From: Desulfovibrionaceae bacterium
GTDB lineage: Bacteria; Desulfobacterota; Desulfovibrionia; Desulfovibrionales; Desulfovibrionaceae
Length of the DNA stretch: 64,000 nt
Assembly: GCA_963674665.2 (NCBI GenBank)
Contig: CAXXPL010000011.1
Span: 80,567 to 144,566 of the forward strand
Direction: 5' to 3'
The notes under the pieces are model-generated. The model made no database searches and was not told the origin of the DNA. It was given only the letters and a program-made list of their open reading frames with translations. A program made the translations under genes and the position numbers. Position 1 is the stretch's first letter. Every line of letters begins with the position of its first letter. Positions 45,894 to 56,677 of the stretch are shown in pieces.

Positions 45894-46530
45894 TAGGAAC
45901 CGAAAAGAGCTTGCAATGATTATCGACAGGCATCCCTGATCGTGGTGAGAGCCATGTGGAGCATAGTAATGAACGCTGTGAACTTGTCATATCTTCAATT
46001 CAGGTATAATTTTTAAATCAATGATTTGCCTTGGATTGCCTGAAAAACCTAAGCAGGTTCTATTGATGGAACCGAATTGCGAAATACAGGACTTGTCCAG
46101 GCTCGCAAGGTATTTTCAAACGGGTTTTTCCGAGTTTGATAAGCTTTTTCCAGTTTCCCGGGTTGTCGGATATTCAGGAGATCCTTGCGGGTTGCGCATT
46201 AGAGGGTGATTGCTCATCCGTTTTCCAGAATGCGAAATAAATACTGCCTGGTTCTGTATGCTGAACTTAATATCAGTATACCAGACTCGCTTTCGGTTGC
46301 AAAGAGATTTCGCTCCCACGGCAAGCGATTTTTCCGCAAGCGTTCGAGATCCGAATGCCGAATTCGGGTGCTGCGTTGCCTTACCTCTGTGAATTCCCGA
46401 GAAAAAATATCATGCAGGGATTCGAGTTCACGCCCGCTCCTGGCCGGCGCGCATGACTATGCGGTGTGGCACATGCGCGCCGGTCGTGGACATTACCCGG
46501 ATCGTGCGGGGAGCGGTTGAAAAAGAATGG

Positions 46531-48030
46531 CTACAGGGTCACGCCGGTCTTGAAGATCCCCAACTGCCGGTCGTTCCTCTTCTCCGCCGCGGAGGGCGCC
46601 CCGTTGATGGTATTCACCATGGTGCGCAGCAGGTCGGCCAACACCTGGTCGTGATCCACCCCGCTATCGGCCAGCACCCCGGCGTCGAAATCTATCCATC
46701 GGGGTTTGAGCTGCGCCAGGTTGGAGTTGGATGAGATCTTGATGGTGGGAACGAACCCGCCAAGGGGCGTTCCCCGCCCTGTGGAGTACAGCACCAGATG
46801 GCTCCCCGCGGTACCCAGGGCCGTGGTGGCCACGAGGTCGTTGCCCGGGGAGTGCAGAAGGTTCAATCCGGTCTTGCTCACCCGTCCATCCACCTTGACC
46901 ACGTCCACGATCTTGGACTTGCCCGCTTTCCGGATGCAGCCCAGGGATTTCTCCTCCAGGGTGGTGATGCCCCCCGCGTGGTTGCCAGGAGAGGGGTTTT
47001 CGTAAATGGGCTGGTTGTGGGAGCTGTAGTAGTGCTTGTAGGCGTTGATCATCTCCACGGTGTGGGTGAAGATCTCCCGGTTTTCGCACTGGTTCATGAC
47101 CACCTGCTCGGCGCCGAACATTTCCGGCACCTCGGTGAGAACCGCCGTACCCCCGCGCTGCGTGACATAATCCGAGATCCGGCCGATGAGCGGGTTGGCG
47201 GTGATGCCGGAAAAGGCGTCCGAGCCGCCGCACTCCAGGCCGATGACCATGTCCTTCCACTCCCCGGGTTCACGCTTGTCCTGGCTGGCCTTGGCATACA
47301 GCCGGGTGAGCATGTCCACGCCCGCCTCGATCTCGTCCGGCACGGTCTGAGCCACCATGAACAGGAGCCGCTCCGGGTCGTAGTCTCTGGGCATGCTCTC
47401 CATCAATTGGTCCACCTGGTTGTTTTCGCACCCCAGCCCAAGGATGAGCACGCCTCCGGCATTGGGGTGCAGGGCCAGATTTTGCAGGATCGTCCTGGTT
47501 CGCTCGTGGTCGTCCCCCAGCTGGGAGCAGCCATAGGGGTGGGGGAAGCTGTACACGCCATCCACGCCTTCGCACGTGTTCGCGGCTTTGAAGGCGGCAA
47601 CGATGTTCTGGGCAGTGGCGTTCACGCAGGCCACCGTGGGGATGACCCACAGTTCGTTGCGAATGCCGATCTTGCCGGTGGATCTCCTGTAGATCCGCAA
47701 AGGAGGCTCCGCGTCCCAGGTGAAGGTGTCGGGAAAGGAATTGTCCGGGCTGTACACGTACTCCATGTGCTCCCGCAGCCCTGTCCGCACGTTGTGGGTA
47801 TGCACCCACTGCCCTTTCCGGATATCCGTTGTGGCCACGCCCATGGGGGCGCCGTATTTCAGGATCACCCCCCCCGCCTCGATGTCGCGCAGGGCGACCT
47901 TGTGCCCCTTGGGGATGGCATCGGAAACGTGAAAGGTCTCACCCGCGAGACTGACCTCGGCCCCTTGTTCCAGCGCGTTGAAGGTCAGGGCGACATTGTC
48001 GGCCGCATCGATTTGATATAGCGCGGTCAT
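46531..48030 (-). CDS. uxaA: Altronate dehydratase
   Basis: 499 aa, collinear with E. coli UxaA. Shared segments are GHKVAL, IYRR..G.IGIRNELWVIPTV.CVN, YGCSQLGDDH, HPNAGGVL.LGLGCENNQV, GLECGGSD..SGITANP, VLTEVPEMFGAEQ, QPIYENPSPGN.AGGITTLEEKSLGC, STGRGTP.GGFVPT.KI and a FKTGVTL C-terminus. Confidence 0.95.
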   Translation of the reverse strand: MTALYQIDAADNVALTFNALEQGAEVSLAGETFHVSDAIPKGHKVALRDIEAGGVILKYGAPMGVATTDIRKGQWVHTHNVRTGLREHMEYVYSPDNSFPDTFTWDAEPPLRIYRRSTGKIGIRNELWVIPTVACVNATAQNIVAAFKAANTCEGVDGVYSFPHPYGCSQLGDDHERTRTILQNLALHPNAGGVLILGLGCENNQVDQLMESMPRDYDPERLLFMVAQTVPDEIEAGVDMLTRLYAKASQDKREPGEWKDMVIGLECGGSDAFSGITANPLIGRISDYVTQRGGTAVLTEVPEMFGAEQVVMNQCENREIFTHTVEMINAYKHYYSSHNQPIYENPSPGNHAGGITTLEEKSLGCIRKAGKSKIVDVVKVDGRVSKTGLNLLHSPGNDLVATTALGTAGSHLVLYSTGRGTPLGGFVPTIKISSNSNLAQLKPRWIDFDAGVLADSGVDHDQVLADLLRTMVNTINGAPSAAEKRNDRQLGIFKTGVTL

Positions 48031-48739
48031 TGTGTGTTCTCCTGAAACATTGGCAGCATGCTACGGCAATGAAGGCCTCGGTGGAGTCCAAGGAGGGCAC
48101 GCTGCTGGTGAAGGAAATGCCTGCTCCATTGTCAGATGATTTCAAACGAAGTTTGTCTGGGATTGGGTACATAGTAGAAACCCGCCCCTTTTTACAAGGG
48201 GGGATCTGTGGCAGGGATTATCGAATGTGAAGGTTGGTCAGGGCTGTCTTTCGATGTTGGTGTAAAACGTTTCGAAGCACCGAGTCACACGGCGTATCGA
48301 TTATTATGGATGACGATCTTGCTGTTATTAATGTGGAAATGGTGAGCCCGCTGCCAGCGGCTGATGTTCGAGGTCGCAGGCTTGACCTGGTGTGGTGTTT
48401 GCCAACCTGGTCATGCGCGCTGCTCCGGTAAGCCCTTCGTCTGATTTGGGAATTCTGGAATCAATATTGTGCCCACCTCCCTGGCGGCAGGAGTCAGATC
48501 ATTTTCTCTGTGCCCATAAATCTGCCACACTTGATCGCCACACAACTGGATGGCCCGCTGTCCGGGCAATAAGGGGAGAAACCTGCATACCGGGGTGATC
48601 ACATAGCCTGTCGCCGCATAAATCCTGGAACCAGGCCCCGCACTGTCCATTTCATCGTTCGCAAGGAACGTTGGCACGCCAAGTGCTACTGGGGGGAAAT
48701 AGACACCTTTTCCCTGATATGTATCGGAGGACCTGATTG

Positions 48740-49388
48740 ATGCGTATACATGGACTGGTTCCCACCCTGTCCCTGGCAGTGATTCTGTCATTTGGTGCAC
48801 GTCGCGTTGGCTGCAGAGCCTGAAATCAGGTCCAACGGAGATTCAGACAACGGGCTGGAATTCCGGATGGGAGCGGTGCCCCCGGCCTTGAAATCCATGC
48901 GCCGGATCCTGCTCCTCCTTCCCGAAGAGGTGTTCGACAACACCACCGAGGGAATGTTCGAAAAGAACAAGGCCCTGCTGGCCCATGACGGCGTGAGCGA
49001 TATCTTTGACGGCGGTGAGGCCAGATATGAACTCTCGGAAGAGGGAGTTGATTATCTGAGCGTTCGCTATCCCGAGGGCCAGATAATTATGCTCCGTTTT
49101 CCGGGGCAAGACGGGAGCGCGGTCATTGCCGCGGCAACGGACAACATGAGGGCGAACGCCTTCGAGCTCTGGCGCATCCCCCCGGACGGTTCCGCTCCAG
49201 AACTTTTGCCACTCGATCAGACCTTTGCCCGTCCGGAGGGCGGAACGCCCTCACCATATCCCGATCCCATGTCACCGGAGGTCGAGTCAGTGTACTATTC
49301 CCTGAATCCTGAATCGGCCGAGATACAGATTCAATGGAACCTGGCAGGCAGCGAGGAGGAGCACACGCTCTCCCTCGCCCGGGACTGA
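48740..49388 (+). pseudogene. Hypothetical secreted protein; signal peptide and mature part lie in different frames
   Basis: GGAGG + ATG at 48740 gives MRIHGLVPTLSLAVILSFGA..., which stops at about 48821. The 198-aa track ORF (48792-49388, TTG start) continues in another frame with HVALAAEPEIRSNGD (an ALA-A cleavage-like site). No family was recognised. Confidence 0.4.
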
Positions 49389-49811
49389 TATGGCTTCGCT
49401 CCGGCGGATTGATCTCCCGGCCATGGATGGCTCCAGGGCAAGGGGGGGCAACAGGTTCACGCTCATAGAAATGCCACGCTCCCCTGGATTTGGTGAAAAT
49501 TGGAGCCCCGGCTAGCCACACCGGAGGCCGCGAGACAATACCATTTCGTGTTTCAAATCGCAGCTGCTTCGCTTGAGTCGCTTTTATTGGAGGGGCATCC
49601 GGGTAACGTGTGCTTTGCCTCAGAAAGATCCGTGACCCGGAGTTTGAATAGTCTTTGTATCGGTAACCGGAAGCCTGCCTCTTGATGGGTTGGATTGTGA
49701 CTCATCAGTTCAGGCGGATTATGCTTAAAATGATGCGACTCCTCATCCATAACGAAGACTTTTCAATTGCCGTTCTTTTTGTAAACATATCATTTCCGAC
49801 GGACTACAGGT

Positions 49812-50726
<915 letters not shown>

Positions 50727-51007
50727 GGGGGGCAATTTCCCGAAACAAATGGTGCGAACAAGCGGTCTCCGTTATTAATTGCATGGCTTTTCCGGCTGAC
50801 AGCAAGGACTTCCGCCCGAGAACACGAAACGTCCGTTTGTCAAAGTAAGTTTGAACCGGATGGAGATTTCTAGAGCGTCGGGTGTGCCAGTGGTCCGAGG
50901 AACCGAGGCCACCTTTGTGGGCTTCGTGATATTTCCACCTCACAGCGATTCAGGAACACTCCAGCCAGCAAGGTAGATGTCATGAACGAGGAATCAACGG
51001 GAGCGCC

Positions 51008-52012
51008 ATGGGAAAGCTGAGCCGGTTCATAGGCGGGATAATCTTTTGGCTCATCGCCGTGGGTATGATCGCCTGGGCATGTTACGCCATCTACTATTCC
51101 AACCTCTCGCCCCAGGCCCTGCGCAGTGCCCTTGCCATGGGATTCGGCGTCCTGGCGCTGGGTTGGCTCGTCCTGGTAAAACTCCCCTTGATACGGGTGG
51201 GGGTGTTTCTGGCCGCGTTTATGGCAGTGGCCGCATGGTGGACCACCATTCCCGCCTCCAACGACCGGGACTGGATGCTCGATGTGGCGGTCCTGTCCTC
51301 GGCAACCGTGGAAGGCGATCTGGTAACCATACGCAATGTCCGGGACTTCAAATACAGGACCGAGACGGACTACACAGTCCATTATTATGACAGGACATAC
51401 GATCTGAAATTGCTGCAAAGCGTCGATCTCATCTCGGTCTACTGGATGGGCGACGCCATTGCGCATACCATGCTGAGCTTCGGCTTTTCCAACGGCGACC
51501 GGGTGGTCTTTTCCATCGAGATCCGCAAGGAAGAGAACGAGGAGTACTCGACGATCAAGGGCTTGTTCAAGCAGTACGAGCTGATCTACGTGGTTGCCGA
51601 CGAGCGCGACGTCTTGTGGCTGCGCACCAGCGTCAGGGACCCCAACGAGGATGTCTATGTCTACCGCACTCGCATGCCCAGGCGGAACATCGGGAAGTTG
51701 TTCCTCGAGTATATCAAGCGGGTGCGCTCCCTGGAGCATCACCCGGAGTTTTACAACACCCTGACCACCAACTGCACCACGGATATCATCGGCAACATCC
51801 GCGCCTTCGGAGGCAGGGCCAAGTACAGCTGGAAGATCATCCTTTCGGGCTACACCCCCTTGTATGCCTATGAAAACGGCGCACTGGACATGTCCCTGCC
51901 ATTTCCCGAACTGCACGACAGGAGCCTGATCAACCACATCGCCAACAAGGTCGGCAATGTCCCGGACTTTTCCTCGCGCATCCGCGAGGGATTGCCCGGC
52001 ATGGGGGAATGA
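51008..52012 (+). CDS. DUF4105 (Lnb N-terminal periplasmic domain) family membrane protein
   Basis: 334 aa with N-terminal TM helices. DRDW, AHTMLSFGF, FSIEIRKEENEEYS, YELIYVVADERD and FYNTLTTNCTT match the remembered DUF4105 pattern. Confidence 0.75.
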   Translation: MGKLSRFIGGIIFWLIAVGMIAWACYAIYYSNLSPQALRSALAMGFGVLALGWLVLVKLPLIRVGVFLAAFMAVAAWWTTIPASNDRDWMLDVAVLSSATVEGDLVTIRNVRDFKYRTETDYTVHYYDRTYDLKLLQSVDLISVYWMGDAIAHTMLSFGFSNGDRVVFSIEIRKEENEEYSTIKGLFKQYELIYVVADERDVLWLRTSVRDPNEDVYVYRTRMPRRNIGKLFLEYIKRVRSLEHHPEFYNTLTTNCTTDIIGNIRAFGGRAKYSWKIILSGYTPLYAYENGALDMSLPFPELHDRSLINHIANKVGNVPDFSSRIREGLPGMGE

Positions 52013-52167
52013 TTCTCCCGCCAGTTGTGGCCTTTGTTTTCGATGACAGGAACGCGATATTGCACCCCTCCCTGGACAATGAAAGCATCATGTAATGTCC
52101 GCACGATTGTGACGTCATCTCCATGTGGCTTGACTTTTAGAAAAAAGCGCAAAGGAAAGCATCCACC

Positions 52168-52640
52168 ATGGAGAAAGAAAAACTGCGCACCGCAACGGCA
52201 TTTATGCGTGACACCTGGCGGCGGGCAAAGCCCTCCTTGTTTTCCGAGATCCGCTGATACGGACGGGGCTGCGCGCCGTGGTCGTGGCCATGAGCCTGGG
52301 GCCGCTGGAGTCCGTGGTGCCCCTGGTGGCATTCGTGAGCATCCTCTGGGGGCTCTCCGGCGCGCTCTCCTTCACTCTTGGGGGATCGGCAACACCATCC
52401 CCGGCTACATGGTCTGGGTGGCACGGGTGTACGCCATCGTGAAACGGCAGAAGCGCCTGGCCTGGCTCACCATCGGTTATGCCCAGGCCGCCGTGGTTTT
52501 TCCGTTTCTTGCCGCCGCCCCCCGCTATTTGGCCGGCACCATGCAGCAGGGCGGCCTCATGCGGACCTTCGGTCTTTGGCCAGGTGCAAGGCTCCCTGAG
52601 CTGGTTCGCGAACGTCTACACCTCCCTGACAAACAATTAG
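52168..52640 (+). pseudogene. Remnant of an SbmA/BacA-type ABC transporter (ATP-binding/permease) gene
   Basis: Fragments lie in several frames. They read MEKEKLRTATAFMRDTWRRAKP (N-terminus), LVAFVSILWGLSGALSFTLGG, TIPGYMVWVARVYAIV, VVFPFLAAAPRYLAGTMQQGGLM and FGQVQGSLSWFANVYTSLTNN. Only about 0.47 kb remains of a gene family that is normally much longer. Confidence 0.6.
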
Positions 52641-52860
52641 ATCCTGCCGAGCAACATGGAACCGGTCTTCCTGCCACCCTATTCACCAGAGCTAAATCCT
52701 GTCGAGCTTCTGTGGCAGTGGCTTAAGCGGAACAGCCTTCGCAATCGCTGTTACGAGAATTTGGAGGCAATCATGGATGCGGTCTAAGATTGCTTCCAAA
52801 GTGCGATATCGGAAGTCATTAAAACCTTTGCCGATGTGAATATTCATTACTCTAGAACCA
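52641..52860 (+). mobile_element. IS630-family transposase C-terminal remnant (right end approximate)
   Basis: 52641-52787 encodes ILPSNMEPVFLPPYSPELNPVELLWQWLKRNSLRNRCYENLEAIMDAV*. This is the DDE-region LPPYSPELNP.E..W signature. No upstream transposase sequence is present. Confidence 0.7.
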
Positions 52861-52974
52861 GGAAATGGTGTATTACCCCGAGCGCAAAAGAATTAACACC
52901 GTGCTTCGCCGCCAGGACCCGCCTTTTGCGGGCCTGTCCTTATGCCTTCGAGCTACAAAATGTTAAACATGTAG

Positions 52975-53081
52975 TGCTCTCATTAATAACACCAACACAC
53001 GAGCCTGGAACCATGATGCTGCTGGGCTCCGGCGTTCTGGCCCTCTTTGGCCTGCGCAGGAAAAGCAACCGAAACTCATAA
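52975..53081 (+). pseudogene. PEP-CTERM sorting-signal remnant
   Basis: The C-terminus of the 81-aa ORF reads THEPGTMMLLGSGVLALFGLRRKSNRNS (PEP-motif variant + TM + Arg-rich tail). No credible mature domain lies upstream of it. Confidence 0.5.
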
Positions 53082-53107
53082 CATAAGCCATTGAAATCAC
53101 ATAGTTG

Positions 53108-53146
53108 GCGCCACTCGGCCGGAAAAGGCCGAGTGGCGCTTGTTGG
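53108..53146 (+). terminator. Rho-independent terminator
   Basis: Perfect 13-bp stem GCGCCACTCGGCC / GGCCGAGTGGCGC, loop GGAAAA, then TTGTTGG. Confidence 0.55.
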
Positions 53147-53381
53147 TGTATAGATTTCCTTATACTGTGTCTGGTTTTCCGACAAAAACAATCCGAATAT
53201 TTGATCGACGTGAGCTCTACTTCCGTGCTGAAGCCTGAGTCCTTCCCAACCACTCAACACCCAACAGGCAAAGTTGGGGACATCCGCTCCGCTTCTCACG
53301 GTAATCTCTTCTCTTGACTCCGGGGCATGAAAACGTTCCAACTGGCATGAACGTCATTTCATTCAAAGGAACACGCACCAC

Positions 53382-55514
53382 ATGTCAGACACGCATATTC
53401 AGATCATTTCCCGGGAACTGTCCCTGCAGCCCGGGTACGTCAAGGCAGTGGCCGATCTGTTGGAAGAGGGAGGCACGGTCCCGTTCATCTCCAGATACCG
53501 CAAGGAGGCCACCGGCAGCATGGACGAGGTGGCCGTGGCCAAGGTCCGCGACAGGCTGGCCGAACTGGCCGAGCTGGACAAGCGGCGCGAGGCCATCCTG
53601 GCGTCCCTTGTGGAGCAGGGCGTGCTCACGGACGAGCTCAAGGGCTCCATCGAAGGGGCCAAGGACAAGGCCGAGCTCGAGGACCTCTATTTGCCGTACC
53701 GCCCCAAGCGGCGGACCCGGGCCTCCATGGCCAGGGAGCGCGGGCTGGAGCCCCTGGCCGACGCCCTGTTCAAGCAGCGCGGCCTGGATCCGAAAACAGA
53801 GGCCAGGAAATTCGTCGCCCAGGACAAGGATGTGCCCGACGTGGACGCCGCACTTGCAGGGGCGCGGGACATTATCGCCGAGAACATCAGCGAGAACTTC
53901 CAGTCCCGGGCCGCCATGCGCACCCTGTTCGTGAAGCGCGGCCGCTTCGTGTCCCAGGTGGTCAAGGGCAAGGAGGAGGAAGGCGCCACCTACCGGGACT
54001 GGTTTGACTGGGACGAACCCCTGGCTCGCATCCCCGGCCACAGGGCCCTGGCCATGTTCCGGGGGGAGAACGAGAAGATCTTAAAGCTGTCGCTGCGCCC
54101 CCCTGAGGAGGAGGCCACCGGCCTGTTGCGCCGGGCCATCCTCAAGGGCAGCGGCGCGGATTCCCGCGAGGTGGGGCTGGCCCTGGAGGACTGCTACAAG
54201 CGCCTGCTGGGCCCCTCCATGGAGAACGAGATCCGCGGCGAGGTCAAGAAACGCGCGGATGCCGAGGCCATCGGCGTGTTCGCGGCCAACCTGCGCGAGC
54301 TGCTCCTGGCCTCCCCGCTGGGGCAGAAGCGCGTCCTGGCCCTGGATCCGGGCTTCCGCACCGGCGCCAAGCTCACGGTGCTGGACGCCCAGGGCGCGCT
54401 CAAGGAGTACACCACCATCTTTCCCACGGGTTCGCAGAAGCAGCGGGGCGAGGCCGAGGAGACCCTGCGCGGCCTGTGCTCCAGGTACGGCATCGAGGCC
54501 ATTGCCATCGGCAACGGAACGGCCGGACGCGAAACAGAGGCCTTTGTGCGGGGGCTGAACCTCGGCATCCCTGCCGTGCTGGTCAACGAGTCAGGCGCTT
54601 CCATCTATTCGGCGTCCGAGGTGGCACGTCGGGAGTTTCCGGACCTGGACCTCACGGTGCGCGGCTCCGTGTCCATTGGCCGCCGCCTCATGGACCCTCT
54701 GGCCGAGCTGGTGAAGATCGACCCCAAGTCCATCGGGGTGGGGCAGTATCAGCACGACGTGGAGCAGAAGGCCCTGAAAAAGGAACTGGACGACGTGGTG
54801 GAGCGTTGCGTCAACTCCGTGGGCGTGGACCTGAACACCGCCAGCCGCGAGCTCCTGGCATACGTGTCCGGCCTTGGGCCGGTGCTGGCCGGGAACATCG
54901 TGGAGCACCGCGACGAAAACGGACCGTTCCCCTCCCGGCGTGAGCTGCTCAAGGTCAAGCGCCTCGGCCCCAAGGCATTTGAGCAGGCCGCCGGGTTCCT
55001 GCGCGTCAACGGCAAGGAGGTGCTGGACAGCAGCGCCGTACACCCGGAGCGCTACAAGCTGGTGAAGCAGATGGCCAAGGACGCGGGCTGTTCCGTGGCC
55101 GACCTCATACGGGACGAGTCCGCTCGCCAGCGCTTGAACATCCGGGACTACGTGTCCGACGAGGTGGGCCTGCCCACGCTGCGCGACATCATGGAGGAAC
55201 TGGCCAAGCCGGGGCGCGATCCCCGCGCCGCGTTCAGCGCGTTCTCCTTTGCAGAGGGCGTCAACGACATCTCGGACCTGCACGTGGGCATGAAGCTGCC
55301 CGGCATCGTCACCAACGTCACCAAGTTCGGCGCCTTTGTGGATATCGGCGTGCACCGCGACGGACTCGTGCACATCAGCCAGCTGGCCGACACCTTTGTG
55401 CGCGATCCGGCCGACGTGGTGGCGGCGGGGCGCGAGGTCGAGGTCACGGTCATCGGCGTGGACCAGGCCCGTGGCCGCATCAACCTGAGCATGAAGAAGA
55501 AAGTTTCACTATAG
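53382..55514 (+). CDS. tex: Transcription accessory protein Tex (YqgF/HhH/S1 domains)
   Basis: 710 aa. The N-terminus ISRELSLQPGYVKAVADLLEEGGTVPFISRYRKEATG is the Tex signature. The C-terminal S1 domain reads GMKLPGIVTNVTKFGAFVDIGVHRDGLVHISQL. Confidence 0.93.
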   Translation: MSDTHIQIISRELSLQPGYVKAVADLLEEGGTVPFISRYRKEATGSMDEVAVAKVRDRLAELAELDKRREAILASLVEQGVLTDELKGSIEGAKDKAELEDLYLPYRPKRRTRASMARERGLEPLADALFKQRGLDPKTEARKFVAQDKDVPDVDAALAGARDIIAENISENFQSRAAMRTLFVKRGRFVSQVVKGKEEEGATYRDWFDWDEPLARIPGHRALAMFRGENEKILKLSLRPPEEEATGLLRRAILKGSGADSREVGLALEDCYKRLLGPSMENEIRGEVKKRADAEAIGVFAANLRELLLASPLGQKRVLALDPGFRTGAKLTVLDAQGALKEYTTIFPTGSQKQRGEAEETLRGLCSRYGIEAIAIGNGTAGRETEAFVRGLNLGIPAVLVNESGASIYSASEVARREFPDLDLTVRGSVSIGRRLMDPLAELVKIDPKSIGVGQYQHDVEQKALKKELDDVVERCVNSVGVDLNTASRELLAYVSGLGPVLAGNIVEHRDENGPFPSRRELLKVKRLGPKAFEQAAGFLRVNGKEVLDSSAVHPERYKLVKQMAKDAGCSVADLIRDESARQRLNIRDYVSDEVGLPTLRDIMEELAKPGRDPRAAFSAFSFAEGVNDISDLHVGMKLPGIVTNVTKFGAFVDIGVHRDGLVHISQLADTFVRDPADVVAAGREVEVTVIGVDQARGRINLSMKKKVSL

Positions 55515-55684
55515 AATGAATAGAAGAGTATTCCGGGGGGAACCCTTTTGGTAAAGGCGTTTCCTCCCGGCCCCCCCTCCAAAAGCCTGTTATACGGGTA
55601 TGTTTTTTGAGGTTCCCTTTCGCATACACCCTTTATGATCCTTTACCATTCGGACTCCCTGAGCAATTGTGCGCCGGAACCAAA

Positions 55685-55699
55685 GTTGATAGTATCAAC
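55685..55699. promoter_or_regulatory. Perfect 15-bp palindrome GTTGATAgTATCAAC upstream of moxR
   Basis: Read directly from the sequence. It lies about 30-40 nt upstream of the MoxR-like start. Confidence 0.3.
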
Positions 55700-55726
55700 T
55701 GAATTTTGCATAACCATTAAAAATGA

Positions 55727-56677
55727 TTGGGTATCCGAATGGTTTTCGAGAGCTGCAAAGGTCTTGTGGAGAATATCGCCAGGGTCATCATCGGGAAGAG
55801 GGACTCCATCGAGCTGTTGCTGGTGGCCATGTTGTCCGGGGGGCACGTACTGCTCGAGGATGTCCCGGGAGTGGGTAAGACCTTGCTGGCCAAGTCCCTG
55901 GCCAAAAGCATCGGAGGCAGCTTCAAGCGGGTGCAATTCACGCCCGACCTGCTCCCGGCGGACATCACGGGCTTCAACATATTCAACCAGCGCACCGGCG
56001 GTTTCGAGTTCCAGGCCGGGCCAGTGAACAGCAACGTGCTCTTGGCGGACGAGATCAACCGCACCGTGCCCCGCACGCAGGCCGCGCTGCTGGAGAGCAT
56101 GGAGGAGCACCAGGTCACGGTGGACGGCGTGAGCTTCGAACTGCCCAGGCCTTTTGTGGTGCTGGCCACCCAGAACCCCATCGAGCAGGAGGGCACCTTC
56201 CCCCTGCCCGAGGCGCAGCTGGACCGCTTCCTGGTGAAGATCCACCTTGGCTATCCCACCGAGGAAGAGGAGATCGAGATCATGAACCGGTTCCAGGGGG
56301 ACTCCCCCCTGGCGGCGCTGGAGCCAGTGCTCGACCCGGAGCGCATCGTGGAACTGCAGCGGCGGAGGAAGCGGGTTCATGTCTCGGACGCCGTCAAAAA
56401 GTACATCGCGGACATGGTCATGGCCACGCGCAGGGACGAACGTCTGCGCTTCGGGGCCAGCCCCCGGGGCTCCCTGGGGCTGTTGCACGCGTCCCAGTCC
56501 CTGGCCGCACTGGATTCCCGGGACTTCGTGCTCCCGGATGATGTGAAACGTCTGGTCACCCCGGTGCTGGGGCACAGGCTGGTGCTGCGGGACCAGGAAA
56601 AGCTGCGCGGCGGGAACGCCGCCGACATCCTGCGGGACATCGTCCAGAGCGTCGCGGTGCCGGTCAATGGAGCCTGA
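55727..56677 (+). CDS. MoxR-family AAA+ ATPase
   Basis: Walker A is EDVPGVGKT, Walker B is VLLADEINR, with ATQNPIEQEGTFPLPEAQLDRF. The start is TTG at 55727 or ATG at 55739. Confidence 0.9.
   Translation: MGIRMVFESCKGLVENIARVIIGKRDSIELLLVAMLSGGHVLLEDVPGVGKTLLAKSLAKSIGGSFKRVQFTPDLLPADITGFNIFNQRTGGFEFQAGPVNSNVLLADEINRTVPRTQAALLESMEEHQVTVDGVSFELPRPFVVLATQNPIEQEGTFPLPEAQLDRFLVKIHLGYPTEEEEIEIMNRFQGDSPLAALEPVLDPERIVELQRRRKRVHVSDAVKKYIADMVMATRRDERLRFGASPRGSLGLLHASQSLAALDSRDFVLPDDVKRLVTPVLGHRLVLRDQEKLRGGNAADILRDIVQSVAVPVNGA

Noticed and set aside
48411-48800. 129-aa minus-strand ORF
   Set aside because: It has no motif or good RBS. It overlaps the RBS and signal-peptide start of the plus-strand gene at 48740. 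I cannot decide without a homology search.
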